Shown here: in pieces, positions 19,001 through 26,231 of the stretch
How the letters are laid out: every line of letters starts with the position of its first letter
Numbering within the stretch: the first letter of the stretch is position 1
Source of the DNA: Verrucomicrobiaceae bacterium
Lineage (GTDB): Bacteria; Verrucomicrobiota; Verrucomicrobiia; Verrucomicrobiales; Akkermansiaceae
Assembly (NCBI GenBank): GCA_027485615.1
Contig: JAIXQS010000128.1
Span: forward strand, 1,846-65,845
DNA: 64,000 nt
Direction of reading: 5' to 3'
Made by a program: the position numbers and the translations under genes
The notes under the pieces: model-generated
The model's database searches: none
What the model saw: the letters and a program-made list of their open reading frames with translations, nothing else
Told to the model about the DNA's origin: nothing

Positions 19001-21518
19001 CGTGTTCAACTATGATGGATCTGAAATGAGGCTTGGCTCCCTCACCAAAACCGGCACCGGAAAACTCACACTTTCAGGAGAAAATAACTACACCGGCAAC
19101 ACCCTGGTGTCGGGCGGTGTGCTTCACCTCGCCGGCGGAATCCAGAGATCCCCCATCATTGTGAACAGCGGAGGCACACTCGGATTCACACTCGGAAGCA
19201 CCATCACGTCCACCAAGAGGCTTACGCTCAATGAAGGGCACAAGATCAGGATTGTCGGAGACCCCACTTTGGACTCCTACACGCTGATGATTGCCGACTC
19301 CATTGTGGGCGGCGCGCCGACGCTCGAAACGCCGATCCCCCTCTACTTCCTAGAGATCGCTGACCAGGAACTCAGACTCACCAAGTCCGATATCACGCCT
19401 CCCGTCGTTGTTGACATCACGCATGACCAAGGCACTGGCCCCAACGTAGGCCCCATTTTTCAAAATACCGTTGTCACCTACACGGTGACTTTCAATGAGG
19501 ACATCGATCACAACACGGTGTCTGCATCCGATTTCGCAAACGCTGCTGTCAGCACCCCCTCCGCATTCACCATTGGGACGATCATGGAAGTCTCTCCAGG
19601 CGTTTTCACCGTACAAGTCACTCCAACCACGGCAGGAAATCTCCAGTTGAGCATTCCCACCACTGCGGACATCCGCGATGCCGCCATCAACCTATTGGAC
19701 AGTGATCCGGCCATTGAGGACGACAGCACCATCCGTGTGGTGGATCCCGCCACCAACTGGCTGGTCGGCACGGATATTGAGGATGATCAAGGTGGCGGCG
19801 ACGTCACCCAAGGGACGCTTGTCACCTACACCATATTTTTCGGAAGGGACATTAATCACACCACCCTGGAGCCCGCGGATTTCGGCAATGCCGGGACTTC
19901 TTCCGTCAACATCGGCGCGGTTGCCGAAATCTCGCCGGGGATTGTAACGGTGCAAGCCACACCAACCACCACAGGCACACTGCGGTTCCAGATCAATGCG
20001 GGCGCGACCCTCATCGATGCGGTTGGCAATAACCTGGATACCGCCTCGCCGATCGTCGATGATACGACGATTTCGGTCGTCGATCTCACTCCGCCGACAT
20101 TGGTGGGAACCTCCTTTGTCGATAACAAGGGTGGCGGTCCCGTCACCGTGAACACCCTGGTGACCTACACCGTGACTTTCAGCGAGGACATGAATACCAG
20201 CACTGTCACTGCTGATGTCTTCGGCAATCAGGGCACCTCCGCGGTCACCGTAGGAGCGGTCACGGAAACCTCGCCGGGAGTCTTCAGCTTGCAAGTCACA
20301 CCGACCACCGAAGGCACACTGCGAATCCAGATCAATGGGGACGCGGTGATCACGGACGTGGCTGGAAATATCCTGGATGTTTCCACCACAATCGCCGACG
20401 ACACCACGATCACCGTGGACGGAACCGCACCGACCCTGGCCGCCGCCAACATCGTCGACGACAAGTCCGGCGGCCCAGTCACCGTGAACACCCTGGTCAC
20501 CTACACCGTGACCTTCAGTGAGGACATGAACGCCAGCACCTTCACCACTGACGACTTCGGCAATGCCGGGACAAGTGCCGTGACCCTGGGCACGATTACG
20601 GAAACCGCGCCCGGTGTCTTCACCGTACAGGTCACCCCGACCACGGCAGGAACACTGATTTTCAGCATGAAACAAAACGCGGTGCTGAGCGATGTCGCAG
20701 GCAACAACCTCAACACGACAACAGCCATCACCGACGACACCACGATCACCGTGGACGGCACCGCACCGACCCTGGCCGCCGCCAACATCGTCGACGACAA
20801 GTCCGGCGGCCCAGTCACCGTGAACACCCTGGTCACCTACACCGTGACCTTCAGTGAGGACATGAACGCCAGCACCGTCACCGCCGACGACTTCGAGAAC
20901 GCGGGCACTGCGGCAACGACCATCGGCGCCGTCACCGAAACCACGCCGGGTGTCTTCACCGTCGCCGCCACCCCGACCGCCGCCGGAACCCTCATCCTTC
21001 GCGTCAAGGCCGGGGCGATCCTCGCCGACGCCGCAGGCAACAACCTCAACACCACCTCCGCCATCACCGACAACACCACGATCACCGTGAATGGAGCCAC
21101 CGGCTCCTACGAAACATGGTCTGCAGGCGCCCCATTCGCCGGTGATGCCAACGGAGACGGCGTTGCCAACGCCCTCGCATGGGTGCTCGGAGCCGCCGAC
21201 CCGAACGCCGCCGCCTACGCCTTGCTCCCGACATTCGACGCGAAGAGCGATCCGAACTTCGTCATTTTCACCTACCGCCGCACCGACGCGGCCAATAACG
21301 ATCCCAATACCGTCATCACCGTTCAACAAAGTACGGCCCTGACTTCCAATGGCTGGGGAACCGCCGTCCATGACGGCACGAACGTGATCGTCACGGTAAC
21401 CGACAACTTCCACTCCACCGTTCCCGGAATCGACCGCGTGGAGGTGAAACTCCGCAAATCGGTATTCTCTCCGGCCGGCAAGCTCTTCGTCCGTCTGAAC
21501 GTCGCACCCACCCCGTAG
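13026..21518 (+). CDS. Giant (2830 aa) multidomain surface adhesin: DUF2341/LamG-like, Ig/FN3/PKD, PATR beta-helix repeats, five Ig-like tandem repeats, and a Verrucomicrobia-type C-terminal domain
   Basis: Start taken at ATG 13026 (MKTSLKRLL...LLLFSGSAQAQ). WLAGYDHRKPLAINAG is a DUF2341-like opening. Repeated G.LTLSG.N.YTG.T.V..G.L.L units are autotransporter-associated beta-strand repeats. C-terminus has GDANGDGVANALAWVLGAADPN. Confidence 0.9.
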   Translation: MKTSLKRLLRGAVAVGFPARHGTPSLWISAPWKLVAVLLLFSGSAQAQWLAGYDHRKPLAINAGVNAGTGYQIQVRVGESSGAAGFDLHLGGRALNFPNDVRFTDNDGTTGLGHWLESTTGSAPNRTATFWVKVNDDLNSSQSIFTYYRKSADASGSNGDATFSFFDDFPGASIDGAKWITDNATGWSVTGGELRGTNTSGRIRSQTAFNSGVILETKYRSVTRPTNGNMALGFWASTSDSFGWLNHPASGGGDYMRINSGWTGIANECNVPVIARMTVRATQVDFLVTRQDTGAVWHDRPNNNSTVSNERIALGHRYDNSNLNQTYNAFWDWVRVRKNADTTPVLGAAGAEQNNIPTVTLTAPANGSQVVSGSSATATATVTSGTPPYSVQFFRTFNGGAAVSAGTDNTDPYSVNLGVLADGSYTIYATVTDSASPTPATATSATHTFTVAPDVTPPSPSPMTFAVNPVSIGVSSIRMAATTATDTASPAVQYYFENTTSATNSGWISSPAWTESGLTVGTSYSYRVKARDSASIPNETAFSGVSSASPGPLTPRPITLVNPGFESPILADGSSTDSLPGWLPIGNVVLAAAWNPNATFYAAEAPEGQNIGDIFLSPAYSGFSQVLQGAEGQFQADTAYALKVRVGRNLLDPYDGYIIQLLANGAVIAQDDNSTVPAAGSFVTASFNYLYNASLHSHLVGFPLEIRLLSKGLAGGVGDVNFDDVQLTYATSNPVAIHGGPYRLSKDAPLALNGSGSLPSTGATITAYEWDLDGRNDHLGFIADVTGATPASIPYATLTGTYGMAAGANTIRLRITDNAGLSVIGTTAVNIFSLVNYVGPDTPRGQDEQWNKTTNWDTATVPSGLVDVVIPANKFLPCLSATTPTYTGNLAIGANSQISIGWTTSSLLAANSLGKPGSTVITMNSGSSINFRIGGTPIVPAIALAGDASVILGSSTQTGAQASFNHPITGSYRLSFFGNGHGSCVANLNAPNAFNEIYTAGGPYVDGGVTIQGNAPGSLGTGNLTLTALGGGGNSGLLIINAPNSMADGATLSMAGNTAVKITMNANDTISRLVINGVQLPAGTYGSTTSSASFKQTWMAGTGILTVTDGQGSYWDLNGATAGAGGASPTGTWDTSTSWSASPAGTAATSSWVAGGKAVFAAGSDATGAYTVTVGGPNDITVTNTFSASSNTGRSSFSATRPGWALNSGNCVVVLVSSLNATGFTATYAGLPMTVQGVFESRNAYTGIAYIISDSLPSSGDVVINVPRVWAPANTGAYENQGTTYSILSLSNVATPGTAATRVVSGNPPSTSTLAYSTSINGSFVVGVSSDSNWRNTPKTVTGRCSQIIIQAQPAYANFGHFQGSVAAAGSYTDVYNASPTAMITLPLNAKTIPNPLLSGVGQKISGLEFERGAVTITSSKLEMQATSLVTSASGVTATIASQITGLASSGLTKKGAGILVLSNATNNYTGPTSVLNGTLRLGASNAVPNTAVSLSGDAPGVIASLDLNGFNNTVAGLTFGGSSMTSGSAVTTGAGTLTLGGNVLYSGLNSPLGASLAGNLSLGSATRDFQIADSSSAANDLTVSAVISGTGGLTKTGIGTLLLSGNNAYTGLTTVTSGLLILSGSNNAAATGGMAVNDGAAIRFDSLGSIPGTGSNVTIQSGGLAFFVSSFGSGNLPAALARINPASAGVIAVDNFTSAPFNLATNGLNVSLGSLNDVTYTGTITPSGGAYRIGGGTGAITLTGANALTGGNSLIVNGRVAIANSNNLSGATTINPTGRLQIGTGGTSGSLASTTILNNGMLAFNRSDTLTQGTHFWATIGGTGVLEQAGSGTLILNGNNAYSGGTNLLAGTLRLGHANAIGSGPLAIYSGALDVASALTLTSNNAITLGGSFSFGGTANLNMGTGGVSITDDHIITLNGTNKMLTFGGAMTNVSGGDQTITVNGTGNTLVSGGLNMSSDPNSLLIALTIGGTGDVSITGTVNDFSGGPDPVFNYDGSEMRLGSLTKTGTGKLTLSGENNYTGNTLVSGGVLHLAGGIQRSPIIVNSGGTLGFTLGSTITSTKRLTLNEGHKIRIVGDPTLDSYTLMIADSIVGGAPTLETPIPLYFLEIADQELRLTKSDITPPVVVDITHDQGTGPNVGPIFQNTVVTYTVTFNEDIDHNTVSASDFANAAVSTPSAFTIGTIMEVSPGVFTVQVTPTTAGNLQLSIPTTADIRDAAINLLDSDPAIEDDSTIRVVDPATNWLVGTDIEDDQGGGDVTQGTLVTYTIFFGRDINHTTLEPADFGNAGTSSVNIGAVAEISPGIVTVQATPTTTGTLRFQINAGATLIDAVGNNLDTASPIVDDTTISVVDLTPPTLVGTSFVDNKGGGPVTVNTLVTYTVTFSEDMNTSTVTADVFGNQGTSAVTVGAVTETSPGVFSLQVTPTTEGTLRIQINGDAVITDVAGNILDVSTTIADDTTITVDGTAPTLAAANIVDDKSGGPVTVNTLVTYTVTFSEDMNASTFTTDDFGNAGTSAVTLGTITETAPGVFTVQVTPTTAGTLIFSMKQNAVLSDVAGNNLNTTTAITDDTTITVDGTAPTLAAANIVDDKSGGPVTVNTLVTYTVTFSEDMNASTVTADDFENAGTAATTIGAVTETTPGVFTVAATPTAAGTLILRVKAGAILADAAGNNLNTTSAITDNTTITVNGATGSYETWSAGAPFAGDANGDGVANALAWVLGAADPNAAAYALLPTFDAKSDPNFVIFTYRRTDAANNDPNTVITVQQSTALTSNGWGTAVHDGTNVIVTVTDNFHSTVPGIDRVEVKLRKSVFSPAGKLFVRLNVAPTP
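19389..21095 (+). repeat. Five in-frame tandem repeats of ~336 bp (112-114 aa Ig-like units) inside the adhesin gene
   Basis: Units all contain ...GGGPVTVNTLVTYTVTFSEDMN.STVTADDFGN.GTSAV..G...E..PGVFTVQVTPTT.GTL...DDTTITVDG. Segments 20395-20540 and 20731-20876 are identical apart from one mismatch. Confidence 0.85.
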
Positions 21519-21592
21519 AACGACCACCTGTTATCCGCCTGAGAATTTTTCGCACAAGCCTACGAGGCGGGAAAAGAAGTCCGGCCTTAAAT

Positions 21593-21624
21593 GCAAACGG
21601 TCTCCAGAGAGGCAAACGGTCTAA
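21593..21624. repeat. Two direct copies of GCAAACGGTCT (19-nt spacing); the second matches the outer 14 nt of the IS630 right end
   Basis: 21593-21603 and 21612-21622 are identical. GGCAAACGGTCTAA at 21611-21624 equals 28468-28481 (IS terminus plus flanking TA). Confidence 0.6.
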
Positions 21625-21666
21625 CCTGCAAAAATGCTGCATTGTGAGGCTCTAAAACGTGAGTAA

Positions 21667-21685
21667 CTTTACCAGTTAAATACAC
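21667..21685 (+). promoter_or_regulatory. Conserved leader motif CTTTACCAGTTAAATACAC ending 4 nt before the ATG of the second giant gene
   Basis: Counterpart of 8247-8265, with the same distance to the start codon. Confidence 0.3.
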
Positions 21686-21689
21686 CGCC

Positions 21690-24600
21690 ATGAAACACGC
21701 CGCTAAAACCCAAAATCAGCGTTCTTTTTACCCAAAAAGGGAAAAATCCGGCTTCGCCCTGGTCGTGACGCTTTCGCTGATGATCCTTCTGGCGATCCTC
21801 GCGGTGGGTATGCTGAGCCTGTCTGCGGTGACCCTCCGCACATCCGGCCAGGGATCCGCCCACGCGGAGGCTCGGGCGAACGCCCGCATGGCGCTGACGA
21901 TTGCAATCGGCGAACTGCAAAGCAATACCGGCCCGGATACGCGGGTCACCGCCCCGGCCAATATCGTGAATGAGGACTACCCCCAGGTCTTGGGCGTATG
22001 GCGGAGCTGGGAGGGGACGGATCACGAAGCCAACGGTCGCCCCGTCGCCCCGGATTACGCTTCCAAGGACAAGTCCGAATCAAAGGGCGGCCGTTTCCTC
22101 GACTGGCTCGTTTCCAGCGCGGAGGCGGCTGCCATCGGTGATCCTGACGGGATACCCAGGATCGAGCACGCCCCTTCCCTGGTTCGCAACTCCGCAAGTG
22201 GTGCAACAATCCCCCTGCTCGCAGGCGGCTCGCTCGCATTGAATGACACCCGGCAAATCCACGTGGTTCCAAGTAAAATTGAGGACAGCGGGCGCTACGC
22301 ATGGTGGATCTCGGGGGAAAACCAGAAGGCCGCATTATCCCAGCCCTACAAACCAAGAACCGACGATGCCGCGGGCTTGGTCGAGTTGGGTCAATCGCAC
22401 ACGGTGGCCAATCCCGCCGTATTCGGGCTACCCTCCCTGCTCACCGACCCAGAACCCCATCTTTCAAGCACCGCGCCCGCGAAACCAAGCCGCAAGGTGG
22501 CGAGCCGCCAGACCATGGCCGTGGTCGAGGCCGGAAACGCCAAGGAGCCGCAGAAAAAATTCCATGACCTCTCGGCTTACTCCATCGGCCTTTTGACCAA
22601 CACCGCCACCGGCGGCTGGCGCAAGGACATGTCCATCCTCACGGAGAGGTGGGACAACATCTACAGCAGTTATCCGGGCGGGCGGCTGCCGCTTTTCCGT
22701 CTCACACCCACATCCGGGGCAACCACCTCCGTGCCCAAGCCGGTCAAGCCCGCACCGTCGGTTTTAGTTACCAACTCCGCAGCTCTGACGGCAGCGACCC
22801 CCGCCCAGTCGAATCTTTATCCGTGGAGCGGGTATTCGACAATCATAGGCTGGCCCCTGACCAACCCGCCCGTCACACCCAACACATACCATGCAGCGTC
22901 AGCTTCCTGGCAATCGTTGGTCAGTTACGCGACGTCGTATAGGAATTTTTCCAACTATTCCGGCAATGCGGTAAGCCCGTTTATCTGGGACAGGATCATG
23001 ACGCCGGCTTCCAATCTTGGGGTCGAAAAAATATACAACTACAAGCACCGGCAGTTGTTGTATCCCCAGATCGCACGGTTCCAGTTTCTTGTTTATGCGA
23101 GGGCGGTTGAAAGGATTCCAGAACAGAATCCAAAACGATATGAAATAAAGTTAATGTATGTGCCGTTTTTCACTTTGTGGAATCCTTACAATGTCTCCTT
23201 GGAGCACACGATCAGCGGAACGCTCAATGGAGGAGACGGCACAGGAACCCATCCAAATTTCCTTGGATTCGGATGGCGAAGATCTCCTCCGGGAGTCATG
23301 GCGATCGTGAACAAGGCAACTTATGCCAATCCCGATGCCGTCCCTGCAAATCAATACAAATTGTTCACACCCGGCAACTTTCAGGTTCTGGACAGGACAG
23401 GGAATAACGTAAATGCATATGACACATTCATTCCGGCCAATACTGTTAAGTTTGGCACGAACAATAAATGGGTTGATAAACGAACATTCGGATGCTGGCT
23501 CCCCGAAGGCACACTTTCTTTCAAGCCGGGCGAAGCCAAGATTTTCTCGCCGGGTCAACTCGATCCGGCCTACGGCTTTTCCGGTGTGATGAGGCTGAAA
23601 GAAGGCTACAAGCCAACAGAAATCATAGGGTCTGAATTCACCGCTTTGTCGAATCTTTTGGCCACCCAAAGCTTCTGGTTCCTGATGAGAACGGATAGGG
23701 TCACGCAGCCATATCTTAGCCGTGAGCCTGGAAGCGGCTTCTCGCTGTCTTTCGCAAATGGGAGTAGCCACTTTGGGGCGGGAGCCAAACTGCCATCTGG
23801 TCCGGGAGACGAGTATCACAACATTACTTCACTGGCTGCACAAAGTGTCGGTGAAAAGTACTGGCCGCCGGATGAGGTGGATGAGGTGGGTTACTCGGTG
23901 GGAGAGCTTGCCTCCGGGCCGTGGATTCCGCTTTTTTCGACCAGTTTCGGCCCCCGCATGACCATCGGCACCGGACCGGGGACGAAGCAGAACCGACCAA
24001 CCAAAGGCGCGGTTCAGAACAACGCGCTGGCCGCCATGGTTTTGAGCGATTCGAAATCACTCAATCCGGAGGCCAAAGACCACCCTGCGAACAACACCTT
24101 CGACTTCGCTTACCATTCCCTTAGCATCGGCTCCAACATCACTCCGAACCTGAGTAACTCGCAAGGTTTCATTGGAACGGGATACCAGAGCGGGGACGGC
24201 TTGTCGCGTTTGGTTATGTGTGACATCCCGATACGCCCGATGGCTTCCCTTGTGGAGTTGATGGGATGGAATCCGAGGGGGCAAAATCCCTACCCGCCAT
24301 TCCAGATGAATTTGATCGGAAACAGCGACGCGACGCCGCTGATTCCGATCGACAAGATTGTTCCAAATAGTCTGTCCCCGAATAGTGTGGATAAGAACCT
24401 CATGCACGACGACGCCTACTGCGCGAACCATCTGCTTTTCGATGATTGGTTCTTATCCTCCATCGCGACTGAGCCGGAAACCTCAAAAACCATCGATACG
24501 GTCTACACGGAGTTCCTCAAGGGTGAGAGGGAACTGGTGAACCGCAGTTATCGTCCGATCAGCGCCGACAGCAGGGTCACGGACTCGGTGGCCGCGACGC

Positions 24601-25475
24601 GGGTAGGGGAAATCATCACCAGCAATGACGGCTGGCTCAAGGTGGCATCCCGTTTCGAAGTGGAGGGAATGTTCAATGTGAATTCCACCTCTGTCGATGC
24701 CTGGACGGCACTCCTCGGGCACGCGAGAAGCCTCGACAAGATCGCGATGCACGGCGCGGACGGGCTTGCGGAAACCAACACCTCCAGCAAGCACGCCGTT
24801 ACGCGCGGTGCGGTCGCCACGGACGTGGAGGCGGGCACAGGCAAGGGTTTCGGCGGACGGTTTGACAAGGCATCCGAATACACCGGTTTCAGAGCCCTGA
24901 GCGATGACCAGATCAAGGATCTCGCCGAAAAAGTGGTTGAGCAGGTCCGCCTTCGCGGCCCGTTCCTCTCGTTGTCCGAGTTCGTCAATCGCCATCTGGT
25001 CGCCAACAAGGACGTGGCCCTGGCGGGCGCGATCCAGAGCGCGCTCGACAAGCTTGACGAAGACCCGATGGACGAGCTCCGCGATCCGAAGAATTCGTTG
25101 TCGGATAACACCATGTCGCCGGGAGATGCCAAACTCTCAGGTGTCGGCTACGAATTCAAGGAAGCATCCGAAGGTGGAAGCGCCTACGGCGCGCCGGGCT
25201 GGATCCGGCAGGCCGACATCCTCCGTCCCATCGCGCCCATAATCTCCGTGCGGGATGATACGTTCACGATCCGCGCTTATGGAGATTCCATGGATCAGAA
25301 CGGCAATGTCATCGCGAAAGCCTGGTGCGAGGCCGTCGTGAAAAGAACCCGGGAGTTTTCCGACAAATCGGATGCCGCGGACTCGGTCAACCCGCCTGTG
25401 AACGGCATGAATGCGACATACGGCAGACGTTATGAAGTCATCTCTTTCAGATGGTTGAGCGCCGACGAAGTGTGA
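21690..25475 (+). CDS. Giant (1261 aa) GspK-like pseudopilin-type protein, paralogue 2
   Basis: KSG|FALVVTLSLMILLAILAVGMLSLSAVTLR, AEARANARMALTIAIGELQ, GMFNVNSTSVDAW, LRGPFLSLSEFVNR, DDTFTIRAYGDSMDQNGNVIAKAWCEAVVKRT...ISFRWL. The terminal modules are collinear with the 8270 protein. Confidence 0.85.
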   Translation: MKHAAKTQNQRSFYPKREKSGFALVVTLSLMILLAILAVGMLSLSAVTLRTSGQGSAHAEARANARMALTIAIGELQSNTGPDTRVTAPANIVNEDYPQVLGVWRSWEGTDHEANGRPVAPDYASKDKSESKGGRFLDWLVSSAEAAAIGDPDGIPRIEHAPSLVRNSASGATIPLLAGGSLALNDTRQIHVVPSKIEDSGRYAWWISGENQKAALSQPYKPRTDDAAGLVELGQSHTVANPAVFGLPSLLTDPEPHLSSTAPAKPSRKVASRQTMAVVEAGNAKEPQKKFHDLSAYSIGLLTNTATGGWRKDMSILTERWDNIYSSYPGGRLPLFRLTPTSGATTSVPKPVKPAPSVLVTNSAALTAATPAQSNLYPWSGYSTIIGWPLTNPPVTPNTYHAASASWQSLVSYATSYRNFSNYSGNAVSPFIWDRIMTPASNLGVEKIYNYKHRQLLYPQIARFQFLVYARAVERIPEQNPKRYEIKLMYVPFFTLWNPYNVSLEHTISGTLNGGDGTGTHPNFLGFGWRRSPPGVMAIVNKATYANPDAVPANQYKLFTPGNFQVLDRTGNNVNAYDTFIPANTVKFGTNNKWVDKRTFGCWLPEGTLSFKPGEAKIFSPGQLDPAYGFSGVMRLKEGYKPTEIIGSEFTALSNLLATQSFWFLMRTDRVTQPYLSREPGSGFSLSFANGSSHFGAGAKLPSGPGDEYHNITSLAAQSVGEKYWPPDEVDEVGYSVGELASGPWIPLFSTSFGPRMTIGTGPGTKQNRPTKGAVQNNALAAMVLSDSKSLNPEAKDHPANNTFDFAYHSLSIGSNITPNLSNSQGFIGTGYQSGDGLSRLVMCDIPIRPMASLVELMGWNPRGQNPYPPFQMNLIGNSDATPLIPIDKIVPNSLSPNSVDKNLMHDDAYCANHLLFDDWFLSSIATEPETSKTIDTVYTEFLKGERELVNRSYRPISADSRVTDSVAATRVGEIITSNDGWLKVASRFEVEGMFNVNSTSVDAWTALLGHARSLDKIAMHGADGLAETNTSSKHAVTRGAVATDVEAGTGKGFGGRFDKASEYTGFRALSDDQIKDLAEKVVEQVRLRGPFLSLSEFVNRHLVANKDVALAGAIQSALDKLDEDPMDELRDPKNSLSDNTMSPGDAKLSGVGYEFKEASEGGSAYGAPGWIRQADILRPIAPIISVRDDTFTIRAYGDSMDQNGNVIAKAWCEAVVKRTREFSDKSDAADSVNPPVNGMNATYGRRYEVISFRWLSADEV

Positions 25476-25501
25476 GGTATGATCATCAAAAGTCCCCGAG
25501 C

Positions 25502-26218
25502 ATGAGTTTTTCCCCCGTAATAGCCATCCTTAGCGCCGCCTTCCTGATTTGCGCAAGCGCTCTCCATGCGAAACCGCGTACATGCCGCATCGTGTTTCCC
25601 GAGCGCCCCGAAGGCTCGCCGAAAATCGCCTACCTCTTTGATGGCTCGAAGAGCCAGGGCGTCTCGCTGCCCAGCATGAATTTGTCCGAGGTGATCGAGA
25701 TGCCCCGCGGCGAACTCGCCATCGCCATGCTGGCCAGCGCGATCAGCGATCCCGAACTGCTGCCTCCGCAAGCCCCCGTGCTGAAGATTCCTGAGGGGGT
25801 GAAGGACTTCTACATCATCATCACCCCGGATCCGGAGAACAAAACGCTCCCTATCAAAATGAACCTCGTTGACACGGGGGGCGGCAAACTCAAAGCGGGG
25901 GAAACCCTATGGTATAATTTCACCGGGCACCGGATCGCCGCGAAACTGGGAAGCGCCCAGATGACGGTCGATCCCCAAGGTCGGACCATTTCCAAAGACC
26001 CGATGCCGGCCAGCGGCTACTACGTCGCGCAGTTCGCCTTCCAGGCGAATGGCAAAGGCGCATACGCCCCGATCACGGAACAAAGCTGGTGGCACGATGC
26101 GAACAGCAAGCACCTCGGGTTCATATACAATACAGGAGGGAAATTGCCCAAGATCTACTTTTTCCGGGACTTCCGTGATCCGGAAGCTACAAAGGAAGAG
26201 ATCAAGGTTGTTGAGTAG
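25502..26218 (+). CDS. Small secreted partner-family protein (238 aa)
   Basis: Start at ATG 25502 (MSFSPVIAILSAAFLICASALHA). RTCRIVF...LPSMNLS...ASGYY...APITEQSWWHDANSKHLGFIYNTGGKLPKIYFFRDFRDP is closely paralogous to the next gene. Confidence 0.8.
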   Translation: MSFSPVIAILSAAFLICASALHAKPRTCRIVFPERPEGSPKIAYLFDGSKSQGVSLPSMNLSEVIEMPRGELAIAMLASAISDPELLPPQAPVLKIPEGVKDFYIIITPDPENKTLPIKMNLVDTGGGKLKAGETLWYNFTGHRIAAKLGSAQMTVDPQGRTISKDPMPASGYYVAQFAFQANGKGAYAPITEQSWWHDANSKHLGFIYNTGGKLPKIYFFRDFRDPEATKEEIKVVE

Positions 26219-26231
26219 CTCCTGCATTCCC

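Noticed and set aside
19389-21095. Regular repeats considered as a CRISPR-like array
   Set aside because: The period is 336 bp with no short spacers, and the repeats are in frame and translate to Ig-like domains within a continuous ORF.
19692-21527. 611-aa minus-strand ORF inside the adhesin repeat region
   Set aside because: It is the antisense reading of GC-rich tandem repeats (Gly/Asp/Val/Arg-rich). The plus frame is continuous with a 2830-aa protein with domain logic.
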